Below are positions 1-8,728 of a DNA stretch of 53,714 nucleotides, piece by piece. Location: the NCBI GenBank assembly GCA_045629985.1, contig JAZQSI010000021.1, forward strand, positions 1 to 53,714, given 5' to 3'. The stretch is from Eubacteriales bacterium (lineage in GTDB: Bacteria > Bacillota > Clostridia > Oscillospirales > JAAYXM01). The position numbers and the translations under genes are program-made. The stretch's first letter is position 1, and each line of letters begins with the position of its first letter. The notes beneath the pieces are model-generated. The model saw nothing but the letters and a program-made list of their open reading frames with translations. It was not told the origin of the DNA and searched no databases.

Positions 1-84
1 GCTAAATACTTTGAGCGTATCGGTGACCACGCAGAAAATATTGCAGAATGGGTTATATACTCTATTACGGGAAATCACGCATAA
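1..84 (+). CDS. phoU: PhoU phosphate-transport regulator, C-terminal fragment (5' end outside window)
   Basis: Frame-1 translation is AKYFERIGDHAENIAEWVIYSITGNHA*, with TAA at 82-84. The ERIGDHA.NIAE helix is the conserved PhoU repeat signature. A PhoP/PhoR-like two-component pair follows. Confidence 0.6.
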   Translation, partial: AKYFERIGDHAENIAEWVIYSITGNHA

Positions 85-128
85 GATAACCAATGTTATG
101 TATAGATTGATGAAATGACATCAATTTA

Positions 129-157
129 TTGAAAAAACTCACATTTTATGCTAATAT
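129..157 (+). promoter_or_regulatory. Candidate sigma-A promoter for the response regulator/kinase pair
   Basis: TTGAAA (129-134), 17-nt spacer, TAATAT (152-157). It lies about 30 nt upstream of the GGAGG RBS at 178-182. Confidence 0.4.
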
Positions 158-187
158 ATAAGTACAAATCACTTTTCGGAGGTGAAA

Positions 188-871
188 GTGTTGATTTATT
201 TTGTAGAAGACGATGCCAATATTCGCAAACTTGTATGCTATGCGCTTAAAAAAGAGGGATATGCAATTAAAGGATGCAGTTTGCCGAGTGAATTTTGGCA
301 AGAATTAAAAAATGACAAGCCACAGCTTATTTTGCTTGATATAATGCTCCCTGAAGAAGATGGACTTTCTATTTTGGGAAAACTTCAGGCAGATGAAAAT
401 ACAAAAAATATTCCCGTGATTATGATTACTGCCAAAGGTAGTGAATTTGACAAAGTAACGGGACTTGATATGGGTGCAGATGATTATATTGCAAAGCCTT
501 TTGGTATGACAGAACTTACAAGCCGTGTTCGTGCGGTTTTAAGAAGATATGAAAAGACCAACAAAGTAAAAGAATATAAAATCGGAGATTTGTATGTAAA
601 TCCCGAAAAGCACATCATCGAGGTATCAGGAAAAGAGGTTAACCTTTCTTTCAAGGAGTATTCGCTTTTAATGGTTCTTTTGGAAGCTGAGGGGAATGTT
701 GTTTCAAGAGATAACTTGCTTACCCGTGTATGGGGAGAATTTTATGATGAATCAAGAACTCTTGATGTACATATAAGAAAGCTTCGTATAAAACTTGAAA
801 CCGCAGGAGAACTTATTCACACCGTTAAAAATATAGGTTATAAGCTTGGAGGTAACGAGCATGCTCAATAA
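188..871 (+). CDS. OmpR/PhoB-family response regulator (PhoP-like)
   Basis: The receiver domain shows LILLDIMLPEEDG, ITAKG and DDYIAKPF. The C-terminal winged helix shows LDVHIRKLRIKLE and TVKNIGYKL. The ORF-track start (GTG 182) overlaps the GGAGG RBS at 178-182, so GTG 188 or TTG 191 is the more plausible start. Confidence 0.9.
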   Translation: MLIYFVEDDANIRKLVCYALKKEGYAIKGCSLPSEFWQELKNDKPQLILLDIMLPEEDGLSILGKLQADENTKNIPVIMITAKGSEFDKVTGLDMGADDYIAKPFGMTELTSRVRAVLRRYEKTNKVKEYKIGDLYVNPEKHIIEVSGKEVNLSFKEYSLLMVLLEAEGNVVSRDNLLTRVWGEFYDESRTLDVHIRKLRIKLETAGELIHTVKNIGYKLGGNEHAQ

Positions 872-2513
872 AATATTCCGTTCGAACTTTTTCACCTCAA
901 TGCTTATCTTGCTTGTGAGCTTTTGTCTCATTTTCGGCGTACTGTTCGGTCATTTCGAAATACAGATGTTTCGTGAACTTGAAAGCGAAGCAGGATACAT
1001 ATCCTATGCAGTGAAAAATGAAGGTATTGACTTTATAAATAACTTCAACGAAAAAGGAAGAAGAATAACTTTAGTTTCAGCGGACGGAACGGTTTTAGCT
1101 GATACCTCAGCAAGTGCAGAGAAACTTGAAAACCACGCTGACAGAAAAGAAATTAATGAGGCGATAAAAAACGGGAAAGGAACTAGCTCAAGATATTCAA
1201 ATACTTTGATGCAGAAAACTTTGTACTATGCAGAAAAGCTTGATGACGGAACTATACTTCGCGTATCGACCACTCAAAATTCCGTTGCCAGAATATTGCT
1301 TGGACTTCTGCGGCCATTAATTATAATAATCGCATTTTCTCTTGTCATTTCTTTCTTCTTGTCATACAGATTGTCAAAGGCCATTATAAAGCCTATTAAC
1401 GAGCTTGATCTTGATAATCCTGCTGCAAATGAAACTTATGAAGAATTAACACCACTACTCAAAAAAATATCTGCTCAGAAAAAAACTATTTCGAAGCAGA
1501 TAAAAGAAGCAGAGCAAAAACAAGAGGAATTCAAACTCATAACAGAAAATATGAGCGAAGGACTTTTGATTATTGATAAGGACTTTAAGATTCTTTCTTA
1601 TAATCAGGCGGCTAAAGCCTTGCTTGAAGTCGGTGATGCAGAAAGCGGTAGTGTTCTTTCTTTCAACAGAAGTCGTGGCTTTAGAAATACCATTGAAGCG
1701 GCTCTTTCGGGCGAGCGCAGCGAAAACGATATTACCCACGAAGAAAACACATATAATCTGATTGCAAACCCCGTTTTTGAGGGGGATAAAATAATTGGCG
1801 CTGTTATGGTAATTATTGATGTTACCGAAAGTGTACAGCGTGAACAACTTCGTCAGGAATTTACATCTAACGTATCACACGAATTGAAAACTCCACTTAC
1901 ATCAATTTCAGGCTTTGCAGAGATGATGAAATCAGGTGGTATGCCGGATGAAACTGTTATTGACTTTTCTACTTCTATTTACGATGAAGCACAAAGACTT
2001 ATCACTCTTGTCAGTGACATTATGAAAATATCTGAACTTGACGAAGGAGCGGTTATTTTTGAAAAAGAACAAGTGGATTTATGCGAACTTTCAAATGACA
2101 TTGTAAACAGACTTTCATCTGTTGCAGACAAACGCAATATATCTCTCAATGTCATAGGTGGTTCAGCTACCGTGTTTGGAACAAGAAAAATACTTGATGA
2201 GATGATATATAACCTTTGTGATAATGCCATCAAATATAACAATGAAAACGGAATTGTGGATGTTATTATCAATCAGACAAATGATAAAGTGAGCATTACC
2301 GTGAGAGATACGGGCATAGGAATTCCGGTATCAGAACAAGGCAGAATATTTGAACGCTTTTACCGAGTTGATAAAAGTCACTCGAAACTTGTTGGCGGTA
2401 CAGGGCTCGGTCTTGCAATCGTAAAACATGGAGCCGCATATCACGATGCAGAGATTTCTCTTGAAAGCACAGAGGGCAAAGGTACAAGAGTAACGATAAA
2501 TTTTTTTAAATGA
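861..2513 (+). CDS. Sensor histidine kinase (PhoR-like; 2 TM + PAS-like + HisKA + HATPase)
   Basis: H-box SHELKTPLTSI, N-box LCDNAIKYN, G1 DTGIGI and G2 GGTGLGLAIVKH are present, with N-terminal hydrophobic segments. ATG 861 lies 8 nt after GGAGG (848-852); the ORF-track start 846 is a TTG. The gene overlaps the regulator stop, implying translational coupling. Confidence 0.9.
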   Translation: MLNKIFRSNFFTSMLILLVSFCLIFGVLFGHFEIQMFRELESEAGYISYAVKNEGIDFINNFNEKGRRITLVSADGTVLADTSASAEKLENHADRKEINEAIKNGKGTSSRYSNTLMQKTLYYAEKLDDGTILRVSTTQNSVARILLGLLRPLIIIIAFSLVISFFLSYRLSKAIIKPINELDLDNPAANETYEELTPLLKKISAQKKTISKQIKEAEQKQEEFKLITENMSEGLLIIDKDFKILSYNQAAKALLEVGDAESGSVLSFNRSRGFRNTIEAALSGERSENDITHEENTYNLIANPVFEGDKIIGAVMVIIDVTESVQREQLRQEFTSNVSHELKTPLTSISGFAEMMKSGGMPDETVIDFSTSIYDEAQRLITLVSDIMKISELDEGAVIFEKEQVDLCELSNDIVNRLSSVADKRNISLNVIGGSATVFGTRKILDEMIYNLCDNAIKYNNENGIVDVIINQTNDKVSITVRDTGIGIPVSEQGRIFERFYRVDKSHSKLVGGTGLGLAIVKHGAAYHDAEISLESTEGKGTRVTINFFK

Positions 2514-2541
2514 GCTTATTGATCTACTTCAAGGCATTTTA

Positions 2542-2576
2542 CAGCACTCACCATTTTGGTGGGTGCTGTTTTTTAT
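2542..2576 (+). terminator. Rho-independent terminator after the kinase gene
   Basis: An 11-bp stem cagcactcacc / ggtgggtgctg (one G-U pair) with loop atttt, followed by ttttttatt. Confidence 0.75.
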
Positions 2577-2634
2577 TGTTTTTGCTCTTTCTCTGTGATA
2601 AAATAATACTATCATAGCAAAGGAGAGTGTTTAT

Positions 2635-2979
2635 ATGAAGCGTTTTATTTCCTGGATAGTTGGCGCCACCCTTCTTATGATTGGTTGTCCTTTTCTTGCT
2701 GTAACGTTTGCAGGTACAAGCGGGATGGCAATATGCTTTATTTTGTTTTTTGCACTCAACCCTGCATTTTCTGCCGTCTGTGGTGTTTTTGCAGGCATGA
2801 ATATAAAAAAGTTTTGGTCGCTCCCCATCATCTCAGCAGCCTTGTTTTTAACCGGTGCGTGGATTTTCTTTGACCTTGGTGAGCCGGACTTTTTACTTTA
2901 TTCCACCGCTTATCTGGTAATCGGTGCAGTTGCAATGATTTTAACCGCGATTATTAAACGAATAAAACATCAAAGGTGA
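2635..2979 (+). CDS. Small polytopic membrane protein, unknown function
   Basis: 114-aa ORF with AAGGAGAG RBS 7 nt upstream of the ATG and about 4 hydrophobic segments. Its stop (2977-2979) abuts or overlaps the next gene. Confidence 0.6.
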   Translation: MKRFISWIVGATLLMIGCPFLAVTFAGTSGMAICFILFFALNPAFSAVCGVFAGMNIKKFWSLPIISAALFLTGAWIFFDLGEPDFLLYSTAYLVIGAVAMILTAIIKRIKHQR

Positions 2980-2987
2980 TTACGTCT

Positions 2988-3578
2988 ATGGAATTCAATG
3001 TAAAACTACAGGAACTACGAAAACAAAAGGGCTGGACGCAAGAAGAAGTAGCAAAAGCTCTTTTTGTATCTCGCACAGCGGTTTCAAAGTGGGAATCAGG
3101 AAGAGGATATCCGAATATTGACTCCCTAAAATCAATTGCTAATCTTTTCTCTGTAACGATAGACGAGCTTTTGTCAGGTGAAGAATTGATTTCTCTCGCA
3201 GAAGAAGACAAGCAACAAAACAAACGGCACATTTTCGATACCGTATTCGGTTTACTGGACTTAAGCGTTGTCACGTTCCTTTTTCTGCCGTTTTTCGGAC
3301 AAAAAACAGGCGACGTGATATACGGAGTCTCTCTTCTCGGCTTGTCGCAACTCTCGCAATATATAAAGGTAACTTACTTTACAGTTGTAATTACAAGCAT
3401 AATACTCGGTTTCTTAAACCTATCTCTCCCCTTCAACACCAAAATTAAAGCGTGCCTTTCGCTTATATTGAATGCCACAGGCGTTTTTCTTTTCACATTC
3501 AGTCGCCAACCTTATGCCGCTGCACTTCTATTTGTTTTCTTGCTAATCAAGCTGATTATAATGATAAAAAGAAAATGA
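2988..3578 (+). CDS. XRE-family helix-turn-helix regulator fused to a C-terminal multi-pass membrane domain
   Basis: The N-terminus LQELRKQKGWTQEEVAKALFVSRTAVSKWESGRGYPNIDSLKSIANLFSVTIDELL is a canonical Cro/C1 HTH. The C-terminal ~110 aa contain 3-4 hydrophobic helices. ATG 2988 lies 8 nt after GGTGA; the ORF-track start 2976 is a GTG inside the RBS. Confidence 0.8.
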   Translation: MEFNVKLQELRKQKGWTQEEVAKALFVSRTAVSKWESGRGYPNIDSLKSIANLFSVTIDELLSGEELISLAEEDKQQNKRHIFDTVFGLLDLSVVTFLFLPFFGQKTGDVIYGVSLLGLSQLSQYIKVTYFTVVITSIILGFLNLSLPFNTKIKACLSLILNATGVFLFTFSRQPYAAALLFVFLLIKLIIMIKRK

Positions 3579-3615
3579 AACGAAGCGTGTCATATCTGAC
3601 ACGCTTCGTTTCTTG
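3577..3615 (+). terminator. Hairpin terminator after the XRE gene
   Basis: Perfect 16-bp stem gaaacgaagcgtgtca / tgacacgcttcgtttc with loop tatc. The stem begins in the stop codon. The downstream U-tract is short (tttctt). Confidence 0.6.
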
Positions 3616-3685
3616 AAAAAAGCAGTTCTTTCACATAAAGTATTTTCAGACGCAAGTCAAATACAAGAAAGAAAGGTTTTTACAA

Positions 3686-4324
3686 ATGAAAAAAGAAAAC
3701 AGAAAAAAACTTTTACCTGCACTTCTCTTCCTCGTAGCATTTATCCTTTGGACAACTCTCCTTTGTTTTGTCGACACTAAAGCAATAGGTCCTTGCAACT
3801 CTACCGTTGGCTTCTCAACGCTCAATCTTTTTATCCATAATATTACCGGGGTTCACATGCCTCTATACACCCTCACGGACTGGTTAGGCTTAATCCCGGT
3901 AGGTCTTATGTTCGTATTTGCTTTTATCGGCCTCTTCCAAATGATAAATCGAAAAAGCTTTCTCAAAGTAGATAAGAGTATTATTTCACTTGGTGTTTTT
4001 TATATAATAGTACTTATTCTCTATCTCTTTTTTGAAGAATTTATCATAAATTACAGACCAATATTAATAAGCGGACGACTCGAAGCCTCCTACCCATCAT
4101 CAACAACAATGCTTGTATTATGTATTATTCCTACCTCAATAATGAATTTTAACAGACTAGTTGAAAACAAAGCACTCAGACAAAGTATCAACATAACACT
4201 GACCGCGTTTATGATTTTTATGGTAGTCACAAGGCTGTTTTCAGGCGTTCATTGGTTTTCTGACATCGTTGGAGGCATCCTTCTGAGCGCAGCTCTTGTA
4301 AAGTTATATTCCTTAACATATTAA
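3686..4324 (+). CDS. PAP2-family (phosphatidic acid phosphatase type 2 / undecaprenyl-PP phosphatase-like) membrane protein
   Basis: The C-terminal motif SGVHWFSDIVGG matches the PAP2 SGH...D signature. There are 5-6 TM segments, an upstream SYPSSTT motif, and a GAAAGG RBS. Confidence 0.7.
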   Translation: MKKENRKKLLPALLFLVAFILWTTLLCFVDTKAIGPCNSTVGFSTLNLFIHNITGVHMPLYTLTDWLGLIPVGLMFVFAFIGLFQMINRKSFLKVDKSIISLGVFYIIVLILYLFFEEFIINYRPILISGRLEASYPSSTTMLVLCIIPTSIMNFNRLVENKALRQSINITLTAFMIFMVVTRLFSGVHWFSDIVGGILLSAALVKLYSLTY

Positions 4325-4325
4325 G

Positions 4326-4367
4326 ACAAAAAGAACCGAAGGTATTCCGAAACCTTCGGTCTTTTTC
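4326..4367. terminator. Bidirectional terminator between convergent genes
   Basis: Stem accgaaggt (4335-4343) / accttcggt (4352-4360), flanked by an A-run on the left and ctttttc on the right. It sits between the stops of a + gene and a - gene. Confidence 0.7.
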
Positions 4368-4371
4368 TATG

Positions 4372-5226
4372 TTACTCCTCGGTACTTTCTTCTTTTTCTT
4401 TCACCTTGAGCATATATTTGTCGATTATCGGATACGTGCAGAAAACAGCCGAGAATCTGGCAAATGAGAACATCAACGTCCCCATGAGAATGATATCGAT
4501 TATGCGTGTCGAAACAAACGATGTGAATATAACAAACGAAACCACAAATGCGAGAATGTTCCTGAAAAAGCCAAGAACAAGGAAAATAAAAGCATTCTTG
4601 AAGATGTCGCGAACCGGCAGCTCGAATGTAACCGCAATGGAATACGTATAAAACCGAACGCAAACATAAAGTATTGAAATTATAACCGAAACAACTTTCA
4701 GGATTTTATACATAACAAGAGTTGTTCCCTGCAAAGCGGAAAGGTCTGCCGAAATATACAGAAGCAAACTGAAGAAAACAATTATATCGATAATTCCAAG
4801 AGCAAGACCTTGCTTTAAATTGCTTTTTGCTCTTGAAAAAAGGTCACTTATCCATATATGACGCCCTGTTGCGAGATTTCTGACGCAATAAGTGAGCCCG
4901 GCCGTAAGCGGACCATAGAAAAACGCAGAAACAATAAAAAGACCTATCGCAAGCGGCGGGAAGAAGCTATATACCCTCTCAGTAATCACATAGAAGAACT
5001 TGAGGAAATACATCTGATCAATAACTTCCGGATTATTTATCAAGCCGCCTATCATTGTTATAAGTCCGCAAAGCGCCGGAAACATGCAGAGAAAATACAC
5101 AAGATTCAAGAGTACAAACTTTGAAAACTTCGTGAAAACTATTTCAAAATACCTTACGATGCCTCGTTTTTGTCTGTTATCTGTTTCCGGAGTAACTGAC
5201 TTTCTTTTAAAATTAAAAAACGCCAT
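4372..5226 (-). CDS. DUF624 (YesL-like) integral membrane protein
   Basis: 284 aa with 6+ TM segments. The N-terminal pattern (F..VFTKFSKFVLLNLVYFLCMFPALCG) resembles the YesL/DUF624 family as I recall it. GGTGA RBS 6 nt before the ATG. Confidence 0.55.
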   Translation of the reverse strand: MAFFNFKRKSVTPETDNRQKRGIVRYFEIVFTKFSKFVLLNLVYFLCMFPALCGLITMIGGLINNPEVIDQMYFLKFFYVITERVYSFFPPLAIGLFIVSAFFYGPLTAGLTYCVRNLATGRHIWISDLFSRAKSNLKQGLALGIIDIIVFFSLLLYISADLSALQGTTLVMYKILKVVSVIISILYVCVRFYTYSIAVTFELPVRDIFKNAFIFLVLGFFRNILAFVVSFVIFTSFVSTRIIDIILMGTLMFSFARFSAVFCTYPIIDKYMLKVKEKEESTEE

Positions 5227-5256
5227 TAATTTTCACCATATCCTTTTCTTTCGTAA

Positions 5257-6141
5257 TTAAGCGCGCGGATGAAACTTGATATATGTACTTTTTAAATTGC
5301 TCTTTATAAGCTGAGCATAGAGCATTGTTGAAGAAATATCGGCATGACCCATAATTTCTTTGACAACGCCTATCTCCGCACCGTTTTGTATGAGGTGCGC
5401 CGCAAAAGAATGGCGCAGAACATGCGGCGTAATCTCCGTCGTTATCTTTGCGCTCTTTTGATACTGCTTTATTATCTTCCAGAACCCCTGGCGAGTCATT
5501 CTCTCTCCGTTGAGATTTACAAACAAAGCTTTTTCTGCCTGATTTGCAATAAGAAGCGGTCTCGCATTCTCCAGATAGTCAGAAAGCGCCGAAATAGCCG
5601 CAGGGTATAACGGTATAACCCTTTCGCTGTTCCCTTCTCCGCAACGGGCAAATCCAAGCTCACAGCTCACATCTTTGATATCAAGCTCTATAAGCTCACT
5701 TACGCGGATACCTGTTGCATACAGTAGTTCAAGCATTGCCTTATCTCTATAACCTTTGAGCGAGTCGCACTTTGGTTGTTTCAGAAACAAATCAACTTCT
5801 TTATTTGTGAGAATTCTGGGCAACGTCTTCTTTTTATTCTCAGATTTTATATCCTTCGTAGGATTCTTCTTTACAGCTTTTATTGAGAGAAGGTATGTAT
5901 AGAACGCTCTGATTGAAGCAAGCGCTCTCGTGACCGTCGCCGCAGATTTTCCTTCTCCGCCGAGATCATCAATATATTTTGCAACATCCTTATTCGAACA
6001 ACGGGTTACATCTTTTATACCGTTACGGAAAACGTAGTCGCTGAACTTATATATGTCACGCATATATGAAACTACCGTGTTCTGAGAAGCGTTTTTATTC
6101 TTTTGTAAGTAGGTTTCAAATTTCTGCAAGTAGTTTTCCAT
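5257..6141 (-). CDS. xerD: Tyrosine site-specific recombinase XerD (chromosome dimer resolution)
   Basis: N-terminal SAM-like domain (SQNTVVSYMRDIYKF). The catalytic region has ATGIRVSELIELD, LRHSFAAHLIQNG, LGHADISSTMLYA (R..H-R-Y). It lies next to spoIIM, as ripX/xerD does in Bacillus. No phage or transposon genes are nearby. Confidence 0.85.
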   Translation of the reverse strand: MENYLQKFETYLQKNKNASQNTVVSYMRDIYKFSDYVFRNGIKDVTRCSNKDVAKYIDDLGGEGKSAATVTRALASIRAFYTYLLSIKAVKKNPTKDIKSENKKKTLPRILTNKEVDLFLKQPKCDSLKGYRDKAMLELLYATGIRVSELIELDIKDVSCELGFARCGEGNSERVIPLYPAAISALSDYLENARPLLIANQAEKALFVNLNGERMTRQGFWKIIKQYQKSAKITTEITPHVLRHSFAAHLIQNGAEIGVVKEIMGHADISSTMLYAQLIKSNLKSTYIKFHPRA

Positions 6142-6157
6142 AAAAGTTCACCTGTAG

Positions 6158-6784
6158 TTATAGTATAGTCTTTAAAGATAAAGACGTAAGTGACGGAGTA
6201 ATAGCGGTATCCATCATAGCCGTGAAAAGCATCAAAATTACGCAAAAAACAAAAAACAAGGTAAAATACAAGAAGTTCGGCTTTTTTGCCGAAATCTGCC
6301 CACGCGGTGTCTTTACCGCAAACGCAAATACCTTTGAACACTCAAACGAAATCGCCGCTAAAACAACCAGACACGGAATCGAAATCAACGTCTGAATACC
6401 AAACAGCGAAAACGCAGTAAGAATTCCCTTCTTACCAAATACGCTTATAATTGATGATATTGACACCGAAAGCACAAACCCTTTAAAAAACGACAGCACC
6501 GGGATTAACAACACCCCAAAGGCCGAATATGCCAAAAAAAACGAAATTGCAGGATATTTTATAAGATTAAAGAAAGTTTTCGAAAAAGAGTAATCATATC
6601 TTCCGCTTTCCGAAAGATTTCTTATGTCTTCGCCAATAATTCCTGCCACAGCCCCATTTTCGGAATTCACGGCAAAAACACATCCAGCCGCAACACCAAG
6701 CAAAAGACAGATTATCACAATAGCCAGACTGGGCGAAATCTCAGCAAAAACTGATTTTATATTTTTTTTGACTTTGGGTTTCAT
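6158..6784 (-). CDS. spoIIM: Stage II sporulation protein M-like membrane protein
   Basis: Polytopic membrane protein with the SpoIIM-like pattern (F.NLIKYPAISFFL...LSFFKGFVLSVS). It is adjacent to xerD. ATG at 6784 lies 8 nt after GAAAGGGA; the ORF-track start is 6793. Confidence 0.65.
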   Translation of the reverse strand: MKPKVKKNIKSVFAEISPSLAIVIICLLLGVAAGCVFAVNSENGAVAGIIGEDIRNLSESGRYDYSFSKTFFNLIKYPAISFFLAYSAFGVLLIPVLSFFKGFVLSVSISSIISVFGKKGILTAFSLFGIQTLISIPCLVVLAAISFECSKVFAFAVKTPRGQISAKKPNFLYFTLFFVFCVILMLFTAMMDTAITPSLTSLSLKTIL

Positions 6785-6850
6785 ATGACACATCCCTTTC
6801 TTTTTTACCGTCTGTAAAAAAGTATGACAAAGGGACGGGTTCTATGACAC

Positions 6851-7663
6851 TTACTTTGATGCGCCGAGCTCGTATGCTCGGTTTATGCAACGGCTCTCAA
6901 CTTCTTCGATGAATTTCTCAAAACAGAAATCATCAAATGCAGAAAGCGCCGCAACAGTTGTTCCTCCGGGTGAAGATACCTGCGAAATAAGCGCATCAAG
7001 CGAAGCTTCACTCTTCATAGCATACTCAGCCGAGCCCATCATAGCCGTCGCCGCGAGCTTGAACGCATCCTCATACGATATTCCGTTTTTAGCGCCAACT
7101 TCAGCCATCGCCTTAAGCATTCTGAAGAAGAACGCCGGACTTGAACTTGAGAGTGGAATGGCCTCATTTATCTTGTTTTCAGGCAAGACAACAACCTCAC
7201 CTGCAGATTTAAAGATAGACAAAACAAATGAGAACATATCAGGCAAAACATCATCACTTTCAGCTACAACCGTCATACCGTTCAGAACGAGCATTGGCGT
7301 ATTAGGAAGCGAACGAATTACAGGTATATCATTTCCGAGGAATGATTTGATATGTTCAACAGAAATACCCGCAGCAATCGAAACAACACATTTGCTTTTG
7401 ACTTTCCCGGCAATCGAAGAAAGAACAGCATCCATAACCTGAGGCTTGACAGCCAAAAAAAGAACATCCTCTCTCGAAATAATCTCATCGTTCGAAGAAA
7501 GGACATTTACTCCCTTATTCCGAAGTTGTGACTGCTTTTCTTCCGAAGGATCGAAAACTGAAATTTCAGAAGCTGACAATAATTTTGAATTTAAAATCGC
7601 ATCAATGATGGCGCAGGCCATATTGCCGCCGCCGATAAAAGAGATGCCCGAGCTATAGGACAT
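6851..7663 (-). CDS. proC: Pyrroline-5-carboxylate reductase
   Basis: N-terminal Rossmann motif ISFIGGGNMA and C-terminal SPGGTT motif (VSSPGGTTVAAL). 270 aa. GGAGG RBS. Confidence 0.9.
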   Translation of the reverse strand: MSYSSGISFIGGGNMACAIIDAILNSKLLSASEISVFDPSEEKQSQLRNKGVNVLSSNDEIISREDVLFLAVKPQVMDAVLSSIAGKVKSKCVVSIAAGISVEHIKSFLGNDIPVIRSLPNTPMLVLNGMTVVAESDDVLPDMFSFVLSIFKSAGEVVVLPENKINEAIPLSSSSPAFFFRMLKAMAEVGAKNGISYEDAFKLAATAMMGSAEYAMKSEASLDALISQVSSPGGTTVAALSAFDDFCFEKFIEEVESRCINRAYELGASK

Positions 7664-7821
7664 AGAGACAACCTCCGTTTTTACTTTACATAAAACCGCG
7701 TAAATAAACTATACCTCAAAACACCGTAAAATGCAAGTAAAATAATGCGTTTTGACTACTTTTTGTTATTTCTTACAAAAAGTTATGTAAACTTAATTAT
7801 GTCAACCTTGTATCTTCAATC

Positions 7822-7852
7822 AAAAAAAGACACATCTGTTGTAGATGCATCT
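7822..7852 (-). terminator. Second (distal) terminator downstream of dapB
   Basis: On the minus strand: agatgcatct-acaac-agatgtgtct, a 10-bp stem with two G-U pairs, followed by ttttttt. Confidence 0.55.
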
Positions 7853-7881
7853 TTCCACTGATACTATATTTTGATAAAGGC

Positions 7882-7923
7882 AAAACAAAAAGTGCCAAAA
7901 ACGAATAAATCCATTTTCGGCAC
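7882..7923 (-). terminator. Rho-independent terminator immediately downstream of dapB
   Basis: On the minus strand: gtgccgaaaa-loop-tttttggcac, followed by tttttgtttt. Confidence 0.7.
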
Positions 7924-7939
7924 TTTACACAACAAATTT

Positions 7940-8710
7940 TTATATATTCACATAGGTAGCAATAAGGTCATCCATACTATACTTCCCTACCCCACCAACA
8001 GAGGCGAGATAAATTGCTGCACGGATAGCTCCCGCCGCGAAGACTTCTCTTGACTGAGCAGAGTGATGAAGCGTTATAGTTTCATTTTCACCGGCGAAGA
8101 TAACTTCATGCTCTCCAACAATAGTACCACCGCGCACGGAGTGAATTCCTATCTCATTCTTTTCACGTTTTGCACGGACAGACTGTCTTTCATATACACG
8201 GCGAGGCTCATAGGATACAGCAGATTCAACTGCTTCTGCAAGCATAATAGCCGTACCGCTCGGCGCATCGAGCTTCTGATTGTGGTGTTGCTCAATTATC
8301 TCAATATCAAATTCATCACCAAGAACCTGAGTTGCACGTTTCGCAAGCATCATAAGAACATTGATACCAAGAGACATATTTCCCGAACGGAACACAGGTA
8401 TCACATTCGACGCCCTATCAACAGCGGAAAGATCCTCATCAGAGAGCCCCGTCGTACAAAGCACGAGTGGCTTTTTGTTGGATGTGCAATACTCAAGAAG
8501 TGATGGGAGCGTTTTGGGGTTTGAAAAATCAATCACAACATCGCAATCCTCTGTAGCCGCAGAGAAAGAATCATATACGGGATAGCCAAAATGTTGCTCT
8601 GTAAAAAGATCAACACCCGCCGTTATGACCGCATCTTCACTTTTTTTGCACATTTCCGAAATAGCACGGCCCATACGACCATTGCAACCGGAAAGCAAAA
8701 TTTTTGTCAT
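7940..8710 (-). CDS. dapB: 4-hydroxy-tetrahydrodipicolinate reductase
   Basis: N-terminal GCNGRMG NAD(P) motif and EQHHNQKLDAPSGTA catalytic motif. Position is downstream of dapA. Confidence 0.93.
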   Translation of the reverse strand: MTKILLSGCNGRMGRAISEMCKKSEDAVITAGVDLFTEQHFGYPVYDSFSAATEDCDVVIDFSNPKTLPSLLEYCTSNKKPLVLCTTGLSDEDLSAVDRASNVIPVFRSGNMSLGINVLMMLAKRATQVLGDEFDIEIIEQHHNQKLDAPSGTAIMLAEAVESAVSYEPRRVYERQSVRAKREKNEIGIHSVRGGTIVGEHEVIFAGENETITLHHSAQSREVFAAGAIRAAIYLASVGGVGKYSMDDLIATYVNI

Positions 8711-8728
8711 TTGTAATTCACTTCCTAA

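Noticed and set aside
5257-6141. Tyrosine recombinase as marker of an integrated mobile element
   Set aside because: The sequence and context (next to spoIIM, no phage or transposon genes, no flanking repeats or tRNA) indicate the housekeeping XerD dimer-resolution recombinase.
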